Source: an uncultured virus (IMG/VR IMGVR_UViG_3300050821_004861)
Lineage: Duplodnaviria > Heunggongvirae > Uroviricota > Caudoviricetes
Direction: 5' to 3' (one strand)
DNA length: 64,000 nt
IMG/VR virus record: IMGVR_UViG_3300050821_004861
Positions 25,146 through 34,556 of this stretch are shown here, piece after piece. The notes below the pieces were generated by a model. That model had not been told where the DNA came from. It saw only the letters and a program-made list of their open reading frames with translations, and did not search any database. Position 1 is the first letter of the stretch. Every line of letters begins with the position of its first letter. Both the position numbers and the translations under genes were made by a program.

Positions 25146-25576
25146 TTCTGCTCCTTGAGGATTGTTTCTACCATTTCTTTAAGCTGTTCTGGAGTTCCCA
25201 GATACTCTTTGCTGATTACTTCTGCTACCATCATCTTATGCTGTAGTTCAGCTTCTTCCCATGTACTACAGCGCATACACTCTTCACCATCCCATTCTAC
25301 TTCATGACCGAGAACATTTTTGGGCGCAGCTAGCTTATGAAAAACCATAGTCTCGAACAGAACAGGTGGACTTCCATCGAAGCGGAAATTATGATTGATA
25401 CCTAGAAATACAGTGCTTACTTCAATTATATCTGTTTTGGTAAATGCTACCATAGTTTCATTAGTACCATAGGCTTTTTCAAACCATTTAGACCATCCTT
25501 CCATAGTAGTTGAAACTGCAACTTTGTCTACCAATATGAAGAAGTGATTTTTCTCCCATTCCCATGGATCACACAT
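25142..25576 (-). CDS. conserved phage protein (VSTVFLG...FETMVF...TWEEA..QH)
   Basis: Recognisable motif of a widespread uncharacterised phage family. Confidence 0.65.
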   Translation of the reverse strand: MCDPWEWEKNHFFILVDKVAVSTTMEGWSKWFEKAYGTNETMVAFTKTDIIEVSTVFLGINHNFRFDGSPPVLFETMVFHKLAAPKNVLGHEVEWDGEECMRCSTWEEAELQHKMMVAEVISKEYLGTPEQLKEMVETILKEQK

Positions 25577-25579
25577 TTG

Positions 25580-25870
25580 CTACCTCTCAGTGTCTTTAAA
25601 TCCACCTAATGGGTGATCGTGTCCTTTATCCCACCTAATTGGTGTTTCAAGTCCATATTCACGAGCGAAGGCGCTAAGGGCTAAACTCATCGCCTTCTTT
25701 AGTGAGTCAACTGTCATTTCAACTGTATCTACACCTATCGCCCATTCATGACCTTGATGTTTGACATGGACATATGCATTTGAGGCAAAAATTTCAGCTA
25801 CACGATTTGCTATTTCGTCATGTTTGTCCATTATCCCATCCCCAACCTTTTGATTGCCCTGCTCCATCAT
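25580..25870 (-). CDS. hypothetical protein
   Basis: Co-oriented ORF. Confidence 0.5.
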   Translation of the reverse strand: MMEQGNQKVGDGIMDKHDEIANRVAEIFASNAYVHVKHQGHEWAIGVDTVEMTVDSLKKAMSLALSAFAREYGLETPIRWDKGHDHPLGGFKDTER

Positions 25871-26132
25871 CAGATCCTTTTGCTTTTTGGCAAGCTATTC
25901 CCTCTGCTCTGACGACTTTGACGGCTGAAAGTATTTGTTCAAACGTCTTGTTCTCCAAATCCTCAGCATACGCGTGAAGATCACCCGCAAGTTCTTCATC
26001 CGTGTAATCGTCAAATTTGTGTCCTCCCTCAAGAGCCGCCTGGATGTTATCCCGGACTTGTTTGATTACAGTGCTTGTATCAACCATGACACACCTTCCC
26101 ATACTAACCAAATAATGGCTATTACGAAACAT
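25818..26132 (-). CDS. hypothetical protein (likely start MVDTS)
   Basis: Co-oriented ORF. Confidence 0.5.
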   Translation of the reverse strand: MFRNSHYLVSMGRCVMVDTSTVIKQVRDNIQAALEGGHKFDDYTDEELAGDLHAYAEDLENKTFEQILSAVKVVRAEGIACQKAKGSDDGAGQSKGWGWDNGQT

Positions 26133-26211
26133 ACAAAAGTGGTTATTTCACGCCACGGATGCTTATATGGCGGGAACTCATAATCTTCGTGATCTTGATC
26201 ATTATCATCCA

Positions 26212-26751
26212 TTATAGTGCCAATTTCCAAATCTCAATGCTACCCTTCATACCATTAATATCTATTGTTACCTTACGATTACCAGGCATATCTGGAGTTA
26301 TATCAGTATCCAAACGGACCCTCTTATCCATAAAAATTCCATCTAATACTCTGACTATTGATCCTTTTCCGTAATAGCGTCGCGTATGAGTTTTACTGTT
26401 AAATCTACCAGCTAACATTAATGATAAATGTTCGTCTATCGCATTTTTACGTACCATTACTGGATATTCTATTCCTTCATCGTCACGCATTGTAATCACT
26501 TTAATGAACTTTCTTGTACTGCGACATATTTGAGCTGTCACAGTGTTACGAAATTCTATGAATAAATATGGGCGCATCAAGGGAATTGGCTCGCCTTTGA
26601 CGTTAAATCGTATTGGATAAAATGTTCTAAGAGGTACGTCATTGGCTCTTCTAATGACTTCTACTGCGCCAGTATTAGCAAATACGGCTACTACCCATTT
26701 GAAATCATCTTGTGTTTGTGATGCGAACAGATCCAGCACTGGGCCCTCCAA
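26212..26751 (-). CDS. NusG/RfaH-family transcription antiterminator
   Basis: NGN-like W.V...FYP...PLMRPYLFIE plus KOW-like GKGSIVRVLDG.F. Confidence 0.7.
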   Translation of the reverse strand: MEGPVLDLFASQTQDDFKWVVAVFANTGAVEVIRRANDVPLRTFYPIRFNVKGEPIPLMRPYLFIEFRNTVTAQICRSTRKFIKVITMRDDEGIEYPVMVRKNAIDEHLSLMLAGRFNSKTHTRRYYGKGSIVRVLDGIFMDKRVRLDTDITPDMPGNRKVTIDINGMKGSIEIWKLAL

Positions 26752-26771
26752 GCTTGCTTTTATTGCTTTAT

Positions 26772-26800
26772 ACTATAGCACAAGCGGAGGTGAATGGAAA
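26772..26800 (-). promoter_or_regulatory. sigma70-like promoter for the NusG-like gene
   Basis: TTTCCA-17 bp-TATAGT with TGn. Confidence 0.55.
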
Positions 26801-27110
26801 TAACTTTTTGTTCCTGTTGTAATAAAAAGTTACCGGATTGCCTTGAAAAAGACATGAAAAAGCCTTGCAAAAGCCGTAATTACCAACCATGCTCAAAAGC
26901 CCACATCTCCGATCCCCCGGAGATGATATTAGAAACCTGGACCCTCTCATTTGAATTGAGCCCCCCAGCCCAGAGAGGGCCCAGGATCTACCATCGGCCT
27001 ACTGCGCCAGTTAAGTCAGTCCTGCTAAGGCGGGGAACGAGGCCAAAATAAGGGCCCAAGCTGTGAAAAACCAGATTAGCGGAAGTGTCACTATACTATA
27101 GGATGCCAAA

Positions 27111-27359
27111 ATGGCTGAAGCTGGACGCGGACTTCGCATTTATCTTATTACTGATGAACAACTTTCCATTATCAAAGAATATATGGCTTCCGAGCCAGAC
27201 GGCCCTACCCAAGCTGCTGTTGATCTTATCGCAACCCAAGAAATTGGCATGCTACCAGCTGCCGATCTTGGTAATCAAATGCAGCGACAAGCACAATTTG
27301 AAAAATATCGAGCAACCATTGCTGCGGCTATTGGAAGCGTCGAGCCTGGTATAGTCTAA
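27111..27359 (+). CDS. hypothetical protein upstream of terL
   Basis: AGGA RBS. Confidence 0.55.
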   Translation: MAEAGRGLRIYLITDEQLSIIKEYMASEPDGPTQAAVDLIATQEIGMLPAADLGNQMQRQAQFEKYRATIAAAIGSVEPGIV

Positions 27360-27378
27360 AAATTGGGCGCTTCTAATT

Positions 27379-28887
27379 GTGTCTATGGGATTCGAGCCTC
27401 CACAGCAGCCATCCCAATTCGAGATTATACGCAAGCGCCAAATTCTTAAATACCGTTCTGAGGCTTGGCGTCGTTCTTGTCAGACTTCTTTATTGGCATG
27501 GTGTGAAGAGTGTGTACATGATTTTGGTTTTGAACCAGCAACGCACCATAGACATATTATCAAAGCCCTAAACAAAGTTATAAGTGGTGAAATAGATAGG
27601 TTAATGATATTTGCTCCTCCTGGGAGCGCCAAGTCTACTTATACATCTGAACTGTTACCGCCTTATTGGTTTAAGATATTTCCTCGTTCAAGTGTTATTG
27701 GGTGCTCACATACCGGAGAATTAGCTGAGCGCTTTGGTCGTAAAGTCAGAAATAGAATTCTTCTCAAAGCTCCGCTTTTAGGTTATTCACTTGACGAATC
27801 AAATAGAGCCGCTTCTCGTTGGGAAACTACAAACGGAGGTGAATATTACGCAGCGGGAGTGGGTGGCGCGATTACTGGCAGACGCGCTGATCTTGCAATT
27901 ATTGATGATCCAGTCAAGTCAAGAGAAGATGCTGAATCCGAAACCGTTCGGACGAAGACCTATGAATGGTATAAATCGGACTTGGTGACTCGTCTTAAGC
28001 CAGACGCTAGAATTATCCTTATCCAAACTAGATGGCATTTAGAAGATCTGGGAGGGATGTTGCTTCACGAGGCAGAAAAGGGTGGAGACCAATGGCACGT
28101 TATAAATCTCCCAGCCTTCGCGGTAGCTAATGATCCTTTGAAGCGCCAAGTAGGTGAAGCTCTCTGGCCAAAATGGGAAGATGCACAGGCACTTGAGAGA
28201 AAGCGAACGATCTTAGGGATGAGAGATTTTGAATCGCTTTATCAGCAAAATCCGCAGCCGCCTGGTGGTACGTTTTTCCTCGAAAAGGACTTACTTGTTG
28301 ACGGATCTCCTGTCAACTATCCTGAGTGGACTGATTGCGTCTTTGCCACTATTGATACTGGTATTAAGGCTGATGCGAAACACGATGCCACAGCCGTAAT
28401 ATATTGGGCACTGAACGAACGTTTTGAGGCGCCACTAACGATTTTAGATTATGATATAATCCAAGTTCCTGCTGATTTATTGATAGATTGGATGCCTAAT
28501 GTTTATATGAGACTTGAAGAATTTGCTAAAGTTTGTAGGTCACGCAGAGGTTCTATTGGCGCATTGATAGAAGAAAAAGGTTCTGGAATTGTCTTGCTCC
28601 AACAAGCGAACCGAAGAAACCAACTTGCCACGGGAATTGACGCAAAGCTTGTCCAACTCGGAAAACAGCCGAGAGCACTTAATGCTTCAGGCTACGTATC
28701 TGTTGGCAGAGTTAAGTATTCTGATTACGCTTATCGAAAAACAGTCGATTTCAAACAAAGACATGCAAATCATCTCATTAAGCAAGTTCATAGTTTCAAT
28801 GTTGGAGTCCCAGATCAAGAAGATGACTTGGTAGATTGTTTTTGTTATGGTGTATGCAGCGCACTAGGTAATTCTGATCTATGGTGA
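27379..28887 (+). CDS. terL: terminase large subunit
   Basis: APPGSAKS Walker A, ITGRRAD.AIIDDPVK, IQTRW..DL, LYQQ.P, nuclease D..DD.VD. Confidence 0.93.
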   Translation: MSMGFEPPQQPSQFEIIRKRQILKYRSEAWRRSCQTSLLAWCEECVHDFGFEPATHHRHIIKALNKVISGEIDRLMIFAPPGSAKSTYTSELLPPYWFKIFPRSSVIGCSHTGELAERFGRKVRNRILLKAPLLGYSLDESNRAASRWETTNGGEYYAAGVGGAITGRRADLAIIDDPVKSREDAESETVRTKTYEWYKSDLVTRLKPDARIILIQTRWHLEDLGGMLLHEAEKGGDQWHVINLPAFAVANDPLKRQVGEALWPKWEDAQALERKRTILGMRDFESLYQQNPQPPGGTFFLEKDLLVDGSPVNYPEWTDCVFATIDTGIKADAKHDATAVIYWALNERFEAPLTILDYDIIQVPADLLIDWMPNVYMRLEEFAKVCRSRRGSIGALIEEKGSGIVLLQQANRRNQLATGIDAKLVQLGKQPRALNASGYVSVGRVKYSDYAYRKTVDFKQRHANHLIKQVHSFNVGVPDQEDDLVDCFCYGVCSALGNSDLW

Positions 28888-29096
28888 CATGTAAAATATG
28901 TGATAGAACAACAGAATTACCAACAGAGAATGGTTGGACTTATAGATTTGAGTATAAACGAACTGCAATTGATAGACATAAATTAAGAAGTTATCCTATT
29001 GGTTGGCATTGTCAAGTATGTACTGAGGCGCTTAATAGAATTGGATTTAAAGATATAATGAAAATGGGTCACTTTGTTGGACGAACACTACAATAG
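28881..29096 (+). CDS. small zinc-binding protein
   Basis: CKIC...CQVC. Confidence 0.5.
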   Translation: MVTCKICDRTTELPTENGWTYRFEYKRTAIDRHKLRSYPIGWHCQVCTEALNRIGFKDIMKMGHFVGRTLQ

Positions 29097-29250
29097 ACTT
29101 CAGCAGGGGATAAATTGTCGCAGCCGTCCTCCCAACTCGCGGCAATTGAGCGCGTCTCGGCCTCCCGTCGATTTGATTCCACCCTGCACTTTTATCAGGG
29201 GCGTAGTGCTTAAAGAGCCTGATATGACGGAAACGTAAAAGGAGAAAGAA

Positions 29251-29850
29251 ATGGGTAGAAATAGACAGCTTGTGTGGATTACCCCTGTCCACTTTGATCG
29301 GTTTGGTCGTCCTATTGACCCTGACTATGGGGTTGATGAAGGCGGTCATCCTGACCAGGGTCTTCCTGGCGGTGGTTGGGGTGGTGAACGCCCAGATCAA
29401 GGCCTTCCTGGCGGAGGTTGGGGTGGTCGTCCACCGCGTCCTGATCAAGGACTTCCTGGCGGTGGCTTGCATCCTGGTCATCGTCCGCCTGGCAGTGGCG
29501 AGCATCCTGGCCATCGTCCGCCGCGTCCAGAACGCCCTATTGATCCGGGTTTTGGACTTCCTGATGATGGTACGCCTCCGACGGCAGGTCAACTTCCTGT
29601 TTGGCCGATGGATCCTTCTCATCCAGACAATACGCTTCCGCCGGCGCCAGATCAGGGATTGCCAACTCCTCCGACCAACCCGCCTCCTGGGACTGTTTGG
29701 CCTCCGTTGCCTCCTGGCGCGCCAACAGGCAAGGCACTTCTTCTGGCATGGGTCCAGGGCGTTGGCTATCGCTATGTGGTAGTTGAACTTAAGCCTCCGG
29801 TACCAGATCAGGGATTGCCAGCTGGCGGCGCCCCTCAACCGAAGCGATAA
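29251..29850 (+). CDS. Pro/Gly-rich repeat protein (PDQGLP repeats)
   Basis: AGGAG RBS; five PDQGLP units plus RPIDP and HPGHRPP repeats. Confidence 0.7.
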   Translation: MGRNRQLVWITPVHFDRFGRPIDPDYGVDEGGHPDQGLPGGGWGGERPDQGLPGGGWGGRPPRPDQGLPGGGLHPGHRPPGSGEHPGHRPPRPERPIDPGFGLPDDGTPPTAGQLPVWPMDPSHPDNTLPPAPDQGLPTPPTNPPPGTVWPPLPPGAPTGKALLLAWVQGVGYRYVVVELKPPVPDQGLPAGGAPQPKR

Positions 29851-29949
29851 TACTGGATAGGCGGCGCGGCGGGGTGAATTAACACTCTGTGAACTGGTAA
29901 GGAGGACTGACAGCCTCCTCCGCGCTTCTTTTTTCAAAATAAGAAGAAA

Positions 29950-31542
29950 ATGGCTGAAGCAGTTATAGAACCTAGTGCTGGGCTATTTAATGGCTCTCCA
30001 CTAGGTACTCCTTTAATGAAAATATTGATGGCAGATAACATCGAACTGGGATCCAGTGCGAGTTACGAGCTATGCAAACTCATTTATTCTTACCATCCTT
30101 ATGGTGCAAAACTCGTAGATGTACCTGTTCAATTGGCGCAATCTCAGGGACGTACCATAAATATTCCTGGATCACCAGAAGATCGAGTGAGAAAAGCGTT
30201 TACAGATGAATGGCAAAATATAGATGCTGATAGAATCATAGCAAATGTGGTAAGATTAGCGAGAATTTATGGAATTTCTTCTGTAGCAGCGATGATTCCA
30301 AAAGAAGATCCAGGAAAACCATTAGATTTTGCAAGTTTAGCCACAAAAGCGATCACTTTTAACGTTTTTGACCCATTAAATACGGCTGGAAGCCTAGTTT
30401 TAAACCAAAATCCAAATTCTCCGACGTTTTTGAAGCCAATTACCATACAAGTCCAAGGGCAAGCATATCATTTTACCCGAACTTGCATTTATCAAAATGA
30501 AGACCCCATATATTTGGATTATACTACTTCAGCTTGGGGTTATGTTGGTCGCTCTGTTTATCAGCGCGCACTTTATCCACTTAAATCATTTCTACAGTCG
30601 ATGATTACAGATGATTTGGTGACGAAAAAAGCTGGAATTGTCGTCGCTAAGTTGAAAGCACCAGGTTCTATCATAAATAATGTGATGCAACAGATCGCTG
30701 GCATCAAAAGAGGGATGCTTAAGGAGGCGATGACCGGTTCAGTAATGAACATAGCGATCGATGAAAGTATTGAATCCTTAAACTTGCAGAATATAGACAC
30801 GTCATCACGCACAGCACGAAAAAACATACTTGAAAATATAGCAGCAGCAGCTGGAATGCCAGCAAAATTAGTAAATTCTGAAACATTAGCGGTTGCCTTT
30901 GCTGAGGGTGAGGAAGATGCCAAAGCGATAGCGCGATTTATTGATAAATTACGTGAATCTATGCAACCTTTATACAATTTTTTCACTCGAATTGTTCAAT
31001 ATCGTGCTTGGAATATGGAGTTTTACGAGACAGTTCAGAATGATTTTCCTGAAGTATACAAGAAAAAGACTTACAATCAAGCTTTTACAGAATGGTCAGA
31101 TCACTTCATTGCAATCTGGCCATCTTTGTTGACTGAACCTGACTCTGAAAAGATAAAAGTAGCAAATGTTAAGTTGAGAGCAGTGCTTTCAATGCTTGAA
31201 GTATTGCTACCGATCGCTGATGATGACAATAAAGCGACAATTTTCGAGTGGGGAGCAGACAATTTTAATGATTTAAAGACAATGTTCCCATCTCCTTTGA
31301 TATTAGATTATAAGAAAATGGCTAAATTTAAGCCTCCTATGGAGGGAGCTGGCGGAGAAGCTGGTGGTGCACCAGGAGCAACTGGAAAACCACATTATAA
31401 GATGGGTGAATTGAGCAGAAGCGGCTCTACGCGTGTGGATTCTGTTGAAGAAGCTGTTATTGACTATCTTACAGAGGTGGAAGCGAGAAAAACCAGGATA
31501 CAGCAGCGTTTACAGCCACAACAAACGACTGAGGGTCAATAG
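29950..31542 (+). CDS. portal protein (DUF1073 type)
   Basis: Position after terL; ARIYG, DPLNTAGS..LNQNPN, WGYVGRSVYQRAL, IAAAAGMPA. Confidence 0.85.
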   Translation: MAEAVIEPSAGLFNGSPLGTPLMKILMADNIELGSSASYELCKLIYSYHPYGAKLVDVPVQLAQSQGRTINIPGSPEDRVRKAFTDEWQNIDADRIIANVVRLARIYGISSVAAMIPKEDPGKPLDFASLATKAITFNVFDPLNTAGSLVLNQNPNSPTFLKPITIQVQGQAYHFTRTCIYQNEDPIYLDYTTSAWGYVGRSVYQRALYPLKSFLQSMITDDLVTKKAGIVVAKLKAPGSIINNVMQQIAGIKRGMLKEAMTGSVMNIAIDESIESLNLQNIDTSSRTARKNILENIAAAAGMPAKLVNSETLAVAFAEGEEDAKAIARFIDKLRESMQPLYNFFTRIVQYRAWNMEFYETVQNDFPEVYKKKTYNQAFTEWSDHFIAIWPSLLTEPDSEKIKVANVKLRAVLSMLEVLLPIADDDNKATIFEWGADNFNDLKTMFPSPLILDYKKMAKFKPPMEGAGGEAGGAPGATGKPHYKMGELSRSGSTRVDSVEEAVIDYLTEVEARKTRIQQRLQPQQTTEGQ

Positions 31543-31551
31543 GAGGAAGAA

Positions 31552-31809
31552 ATGACAGAAGAGAAAACACCCAAAACCCGAATTTTTGAACTATCACCTA
31601 CACGACCGCCAATGGAACTAGAACAGGACCATTATGGTATGTGGGTATATTATCGTCCGCCTTGGATGGGCGGTCCAGAAATCAGAAGAAATGGTGTTTT
31701 GCCAATCCAAACTGTTGAACGTGCTGATGCTGAGGCATATGTCAACAAACTTTATCCTGGTTCATTCCCTGAACCTGAAGTGGAGCCACCTGTTACGGAG
31801 GCGCAATAA
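31552..31809 (+). CDS. hypothetical protein
   Basis: AGGAGG RBS. Confidence 0.55.
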   Translation: MTEEKTPKTRIFELSPTRPPMELEQDHYGMWVYYRPPWMGGPEIRRNGVLPIQTVERADAEAYVNKLYPGSFPEPEVEPPVTEAQ

Positions 31810-32006
31810 TGCCATGTTCTCCTGAAATGAGAAAAAAGGCTGATGCAATTCTTGATTCAATTGCTACGCGCATGGATAGTGTCCTATCAAGACGTGATTC
31901 TGACAAGGGTGGTCTTGAAACTAAAGAATGTGCGATAGCTGGAGATAGCAAAAAGCCTGATACGCAGGATGAACCTGGCATGTTAGGTAAAAAGAACGCC
32001 TCCTGA
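31809..32006 (+). CDS. hypothetical protein
   Basis: Coupled start/stop overlaps. Confidence 0.5.
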   Translation: MPCSPEMRKKADAILDSIATRMDSVLSRRDSDKGGLETKECAIAGDSKKPDTQDEPGMLGKKNAS

Positions 32007-33817
32007 TGGAGACCACCTATGCAGCCGGGATCTTATTTGTCACCCCTGACAAGAGGGCACTATTCCTTGAACGTTCAGGGGATGGAGATTTTGTTGGATA
32101 TTACGACTTACCTGGTGGCAAAAGAAGGCCAAGAGAAACCTCTCAAGAATGCGCTATTAGAGAGTGTTCAGAAGAGATTGGATTTTACCCTTCTGGAGAA
32201 TTATTTGAACTCTCCCGTCGAAACGCCACAATAGAGGGAGATAGTGATAATCCAACCCGTGCTGTTGATTATATAACATTTATTCAAGAAGTTGATAAGA
32301 AATTTACGCCACCTAAACTGTCTGACGAACACACGTCGTGGGTTTGGGCACCACTAGATAATCCACCTACACCTTTGCATCCTGGTGTTATTGTCTCTTT
32401 GAGAAAACTATTCTCAGATGAGTTAGGTATCGCTAAACTTATGAAGGAGGGTGAGTTAACCTCACCTCAGCGTTATGCGAATATCACTTTATTTGATATT
32501 AGAATTACTGGTACTGGGTTATCATATCGAAGTGGCATTAAGGAGCATGTGTGGCGCGACAAGAGCATTTATTTGAATGAAGAATTTTTGGAGCGTTGTG
32601 CTGGTCTACCTGTTATTTTTGAACATCCTGAATCAAGAACTCTTAATACTCAAGAGTATGTGGATCGTAATATTGGTTCTGTATTTATTCCATACATTAA
32701 AGGCGAAGATGTTTGGGCAATCGTTAAAGTTTGGGATGAACATGCCGCAAGAATTATGGAAGAGAATCAATTATCTACTTCACCATGCGTTGTCCTAACT
32801 GGTGAAGATGATCAAAAAATTAGACTAAAGAGTGGTAGTAAGCTGCTAATTGAAGGTAAACCCAAATTACTCGATCATATAGCAGTTTGTTTTGTTGGAG
32901 TATGGGACAAAGGTAATGCACCGAGTGGTGTTTCAACCGCAACCGTTGGAGATTTAGTTATGGCAGACGACGATAAGGCTGCGGCCCTTGAAGCCGCTCG
33001 TAAGGCAGATGAAGCAAAGTCCAAGGCAGATGCTGACAAAGAAAAGGCTGATGCAGCCGCAGCTTCTGCAATGGCAGATGCCGCGCTAGGCGCGAAGTTG
33101 GACTCACTTATGGCGCGTTTCGACGCTTGGGATAAGAGTGAGAAGGATAAGGCTGATAAAGCCAAGGCAGACGCTGAAGAGAAAGAAAAGGCGGATGCTC
33201 GATCCAAGATGGATGCAGCAGAACGTGAAAAAGCTGATGCAAAAGCCAAAGCAGATGCTGAGGCTAAAGCAAAAGCCGATGCTGAAAAGGAAGAAAAAGA
33301 AAAAGCTGATGCAGCAGCTAAGGCAAGAGCTGATGCTGAGGAAGAGGTCCGCAAGCGCATCGCTGATGTTGAGTCACGTTTGCCTAAGCAGATGACTGAC
33401 GCTGACTATGCCGCGATGGCTGACTCTCAAGTCCGCGCCAATCGCCTCTATCTCATGCATGGCGAACAAGGCGCACCGCGCGCTCTTGACGGCGAAAGCT
33501 TGATTGCATATCGCCGCCGTCTAGCGAATGGGTTGAAGACCCATTCCAAGACATGGAAGGACATTGACCTTAAGGTCATTGCGGACGATGCAGCATTTGG
33601 CATTATCGAGAATACGATCTATGCTGATGCTGAAGAAGCTGGTCTGCATCCGGCAGATATGGGTGAAGACTTCCTTCGCGAAATCAAGAGCGAGGACACC
33701 ACAGGTCGCAAAATCTCTACCTTTGTTGGGCGACCTTCTGCCTGGATGAATCAATTCGCTGCGCCTAAGAGGATGCTTGTTGGTATCAGAAACCACGGTG
33801 GTAACAACAGCAACTGA
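32006..33817 (+). CDS. NUDIX hydrolase fused to DUF2213-type prohead protease/scaffold
   Basis: Nudix box GGKRRPRETSQECAIRECSEEIG; LPVIFEHP, LSTSP, LDHIAV; A/D/K/E-rich scaffold. Confidence 0.8.
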   Translation: METTYAAGILFVTPDKRALFLERSGDGDFVGYYDLPGGKRRPRETSQECAIRECSEEIGFYPSGELFELSRRNATIEGDSDNPTRAVDYITFIQEVDKKFTPPKLSDEHTSWVWAPLDNPPTPLHPGVIVSLRKLFSDELGIAKLMKEGELTSPQRYANITLFDIRITGTGLSYRSGIKEHVWRDKSIYLNEEFLERCAGLPVIFEHPESRTLNTQEYVDRNIGSVFIPYIKGEDVWAIVKVWDEHAARIMEENQLSTSPCVVLTGEDDQKIRLKSGSKLLIEGKPKLLDHIAVCFVGVWDKGNAPSGVSTATVGDLVMADDDKAAALEAARKADEAKSKADADKEKADAAAASAMADAALGAKLDSLMARFDAWDKSEKDKADKAKADAEEKEKADARSKMDAAEREKADAKAKADAEAKAKADAEKEEKEKADAAAKARADAEEEVRKRIADVESRLPKQMTDADYAAMADSQVRANRLYLMHGEQGAPRALDGESLIAYRRRLANGLKTHSKTWKDIDLKVIADDAAFGIIENTIYADAEEAGLHPADMGEDFLREIKSEDTTGRKISTFVGRPSAWMNQFAAPKRMLVGIRNHGGNNSN

Positions 33818-33857
33818 GGCGCTTCATCGTCTGTAACCATTAAGGAGCACTTCTGCT

Positions 33858-34499
33858 ATGACTATCACGATGAATCCCGTAATTACTACAAATGCTGCTG
33901 GTACCTTCAAAATCACCCTCGACGGGATGATGCAGGGTATGGCAATGGACGATCCTGCAATCAGAAATGCGTTGACGGGTGGTCAGCTGGCAGCGACTGA
34001 AACGCTTCCTATGTTTGGTGGCGTTCCAATCTCTGAGCATCTGCCGCCTACTGGCAGCTTGTGGGATCCAGCACTGCAAAATTCCATTATGCGTGCAACT
34101 GCGGCCGTGGCACCTACTGGAATTAGCGTGTTTAACCAAAATCACGCTATGATTAGCACGCCGCAAAGTCCAGTTCCGCAAGCAGGCCCTGGAATGCTTG
34201 TGAACTTCTATCGTTTTGGAAGTCGCGCACGTATTCCTATGGCGATGGATCCGGCGCTCATGCTACAATTGGCGCCTCCAGGTTATCCAGTTCCTGTTGC
34301 ATTGGCACCTGGCCCGTTGTTCTTCAACATTACGAACCAGTGGGTTACGGCAACAGCGGCTGGTGGAATTGCACTACCCACGTCAGGTATAAATGTCATC
34401 GGATACAATCTTGGAAATTCGATGACAGTTGTCTACAACAGTGTTACTGGTTTCGCAACTTGGAACCGTAACGCTGATACTATTCTTCTCGAAATCTAA
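33858..34499 (+). CDS. head decoration/cement protein
   Basis: Between protease and MCP; FYRFGSRARI motif. Confidence 0.65.
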   Translation: MTITMNPVITTNAAGTFKITLDGMMQGMAMDDPAIRNALTGGQLAATETLPMFGGVPISEHLPPTGSLWDPALQNSIMRATAAVAPTGISVFNQNHAMISTPQSPVPQAGPGMLVNFYRFGSRARIPMAMDPALMLQLAPPGYPVPVALAPGPLFFNITNQWVTATAAGGIALPTSGINVIGYNLGNSMTVVYNSVTGFATWNRNADTILLEI

Positions 34500-34556
34500 T
34501 CGTCATAGGTGTAACCTGAGGCGCAACCCGCCTCTCAAAATATGAGGTGAACTTCC

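Noticed and set aside
29047..29937. 296-aa antisense ORF, and similar antisense ORFs at 32875, 42645 and 60303
   Set aside because: Shadow frames of low-complexity or GC-rich sense genes with no RBS or domain signal.
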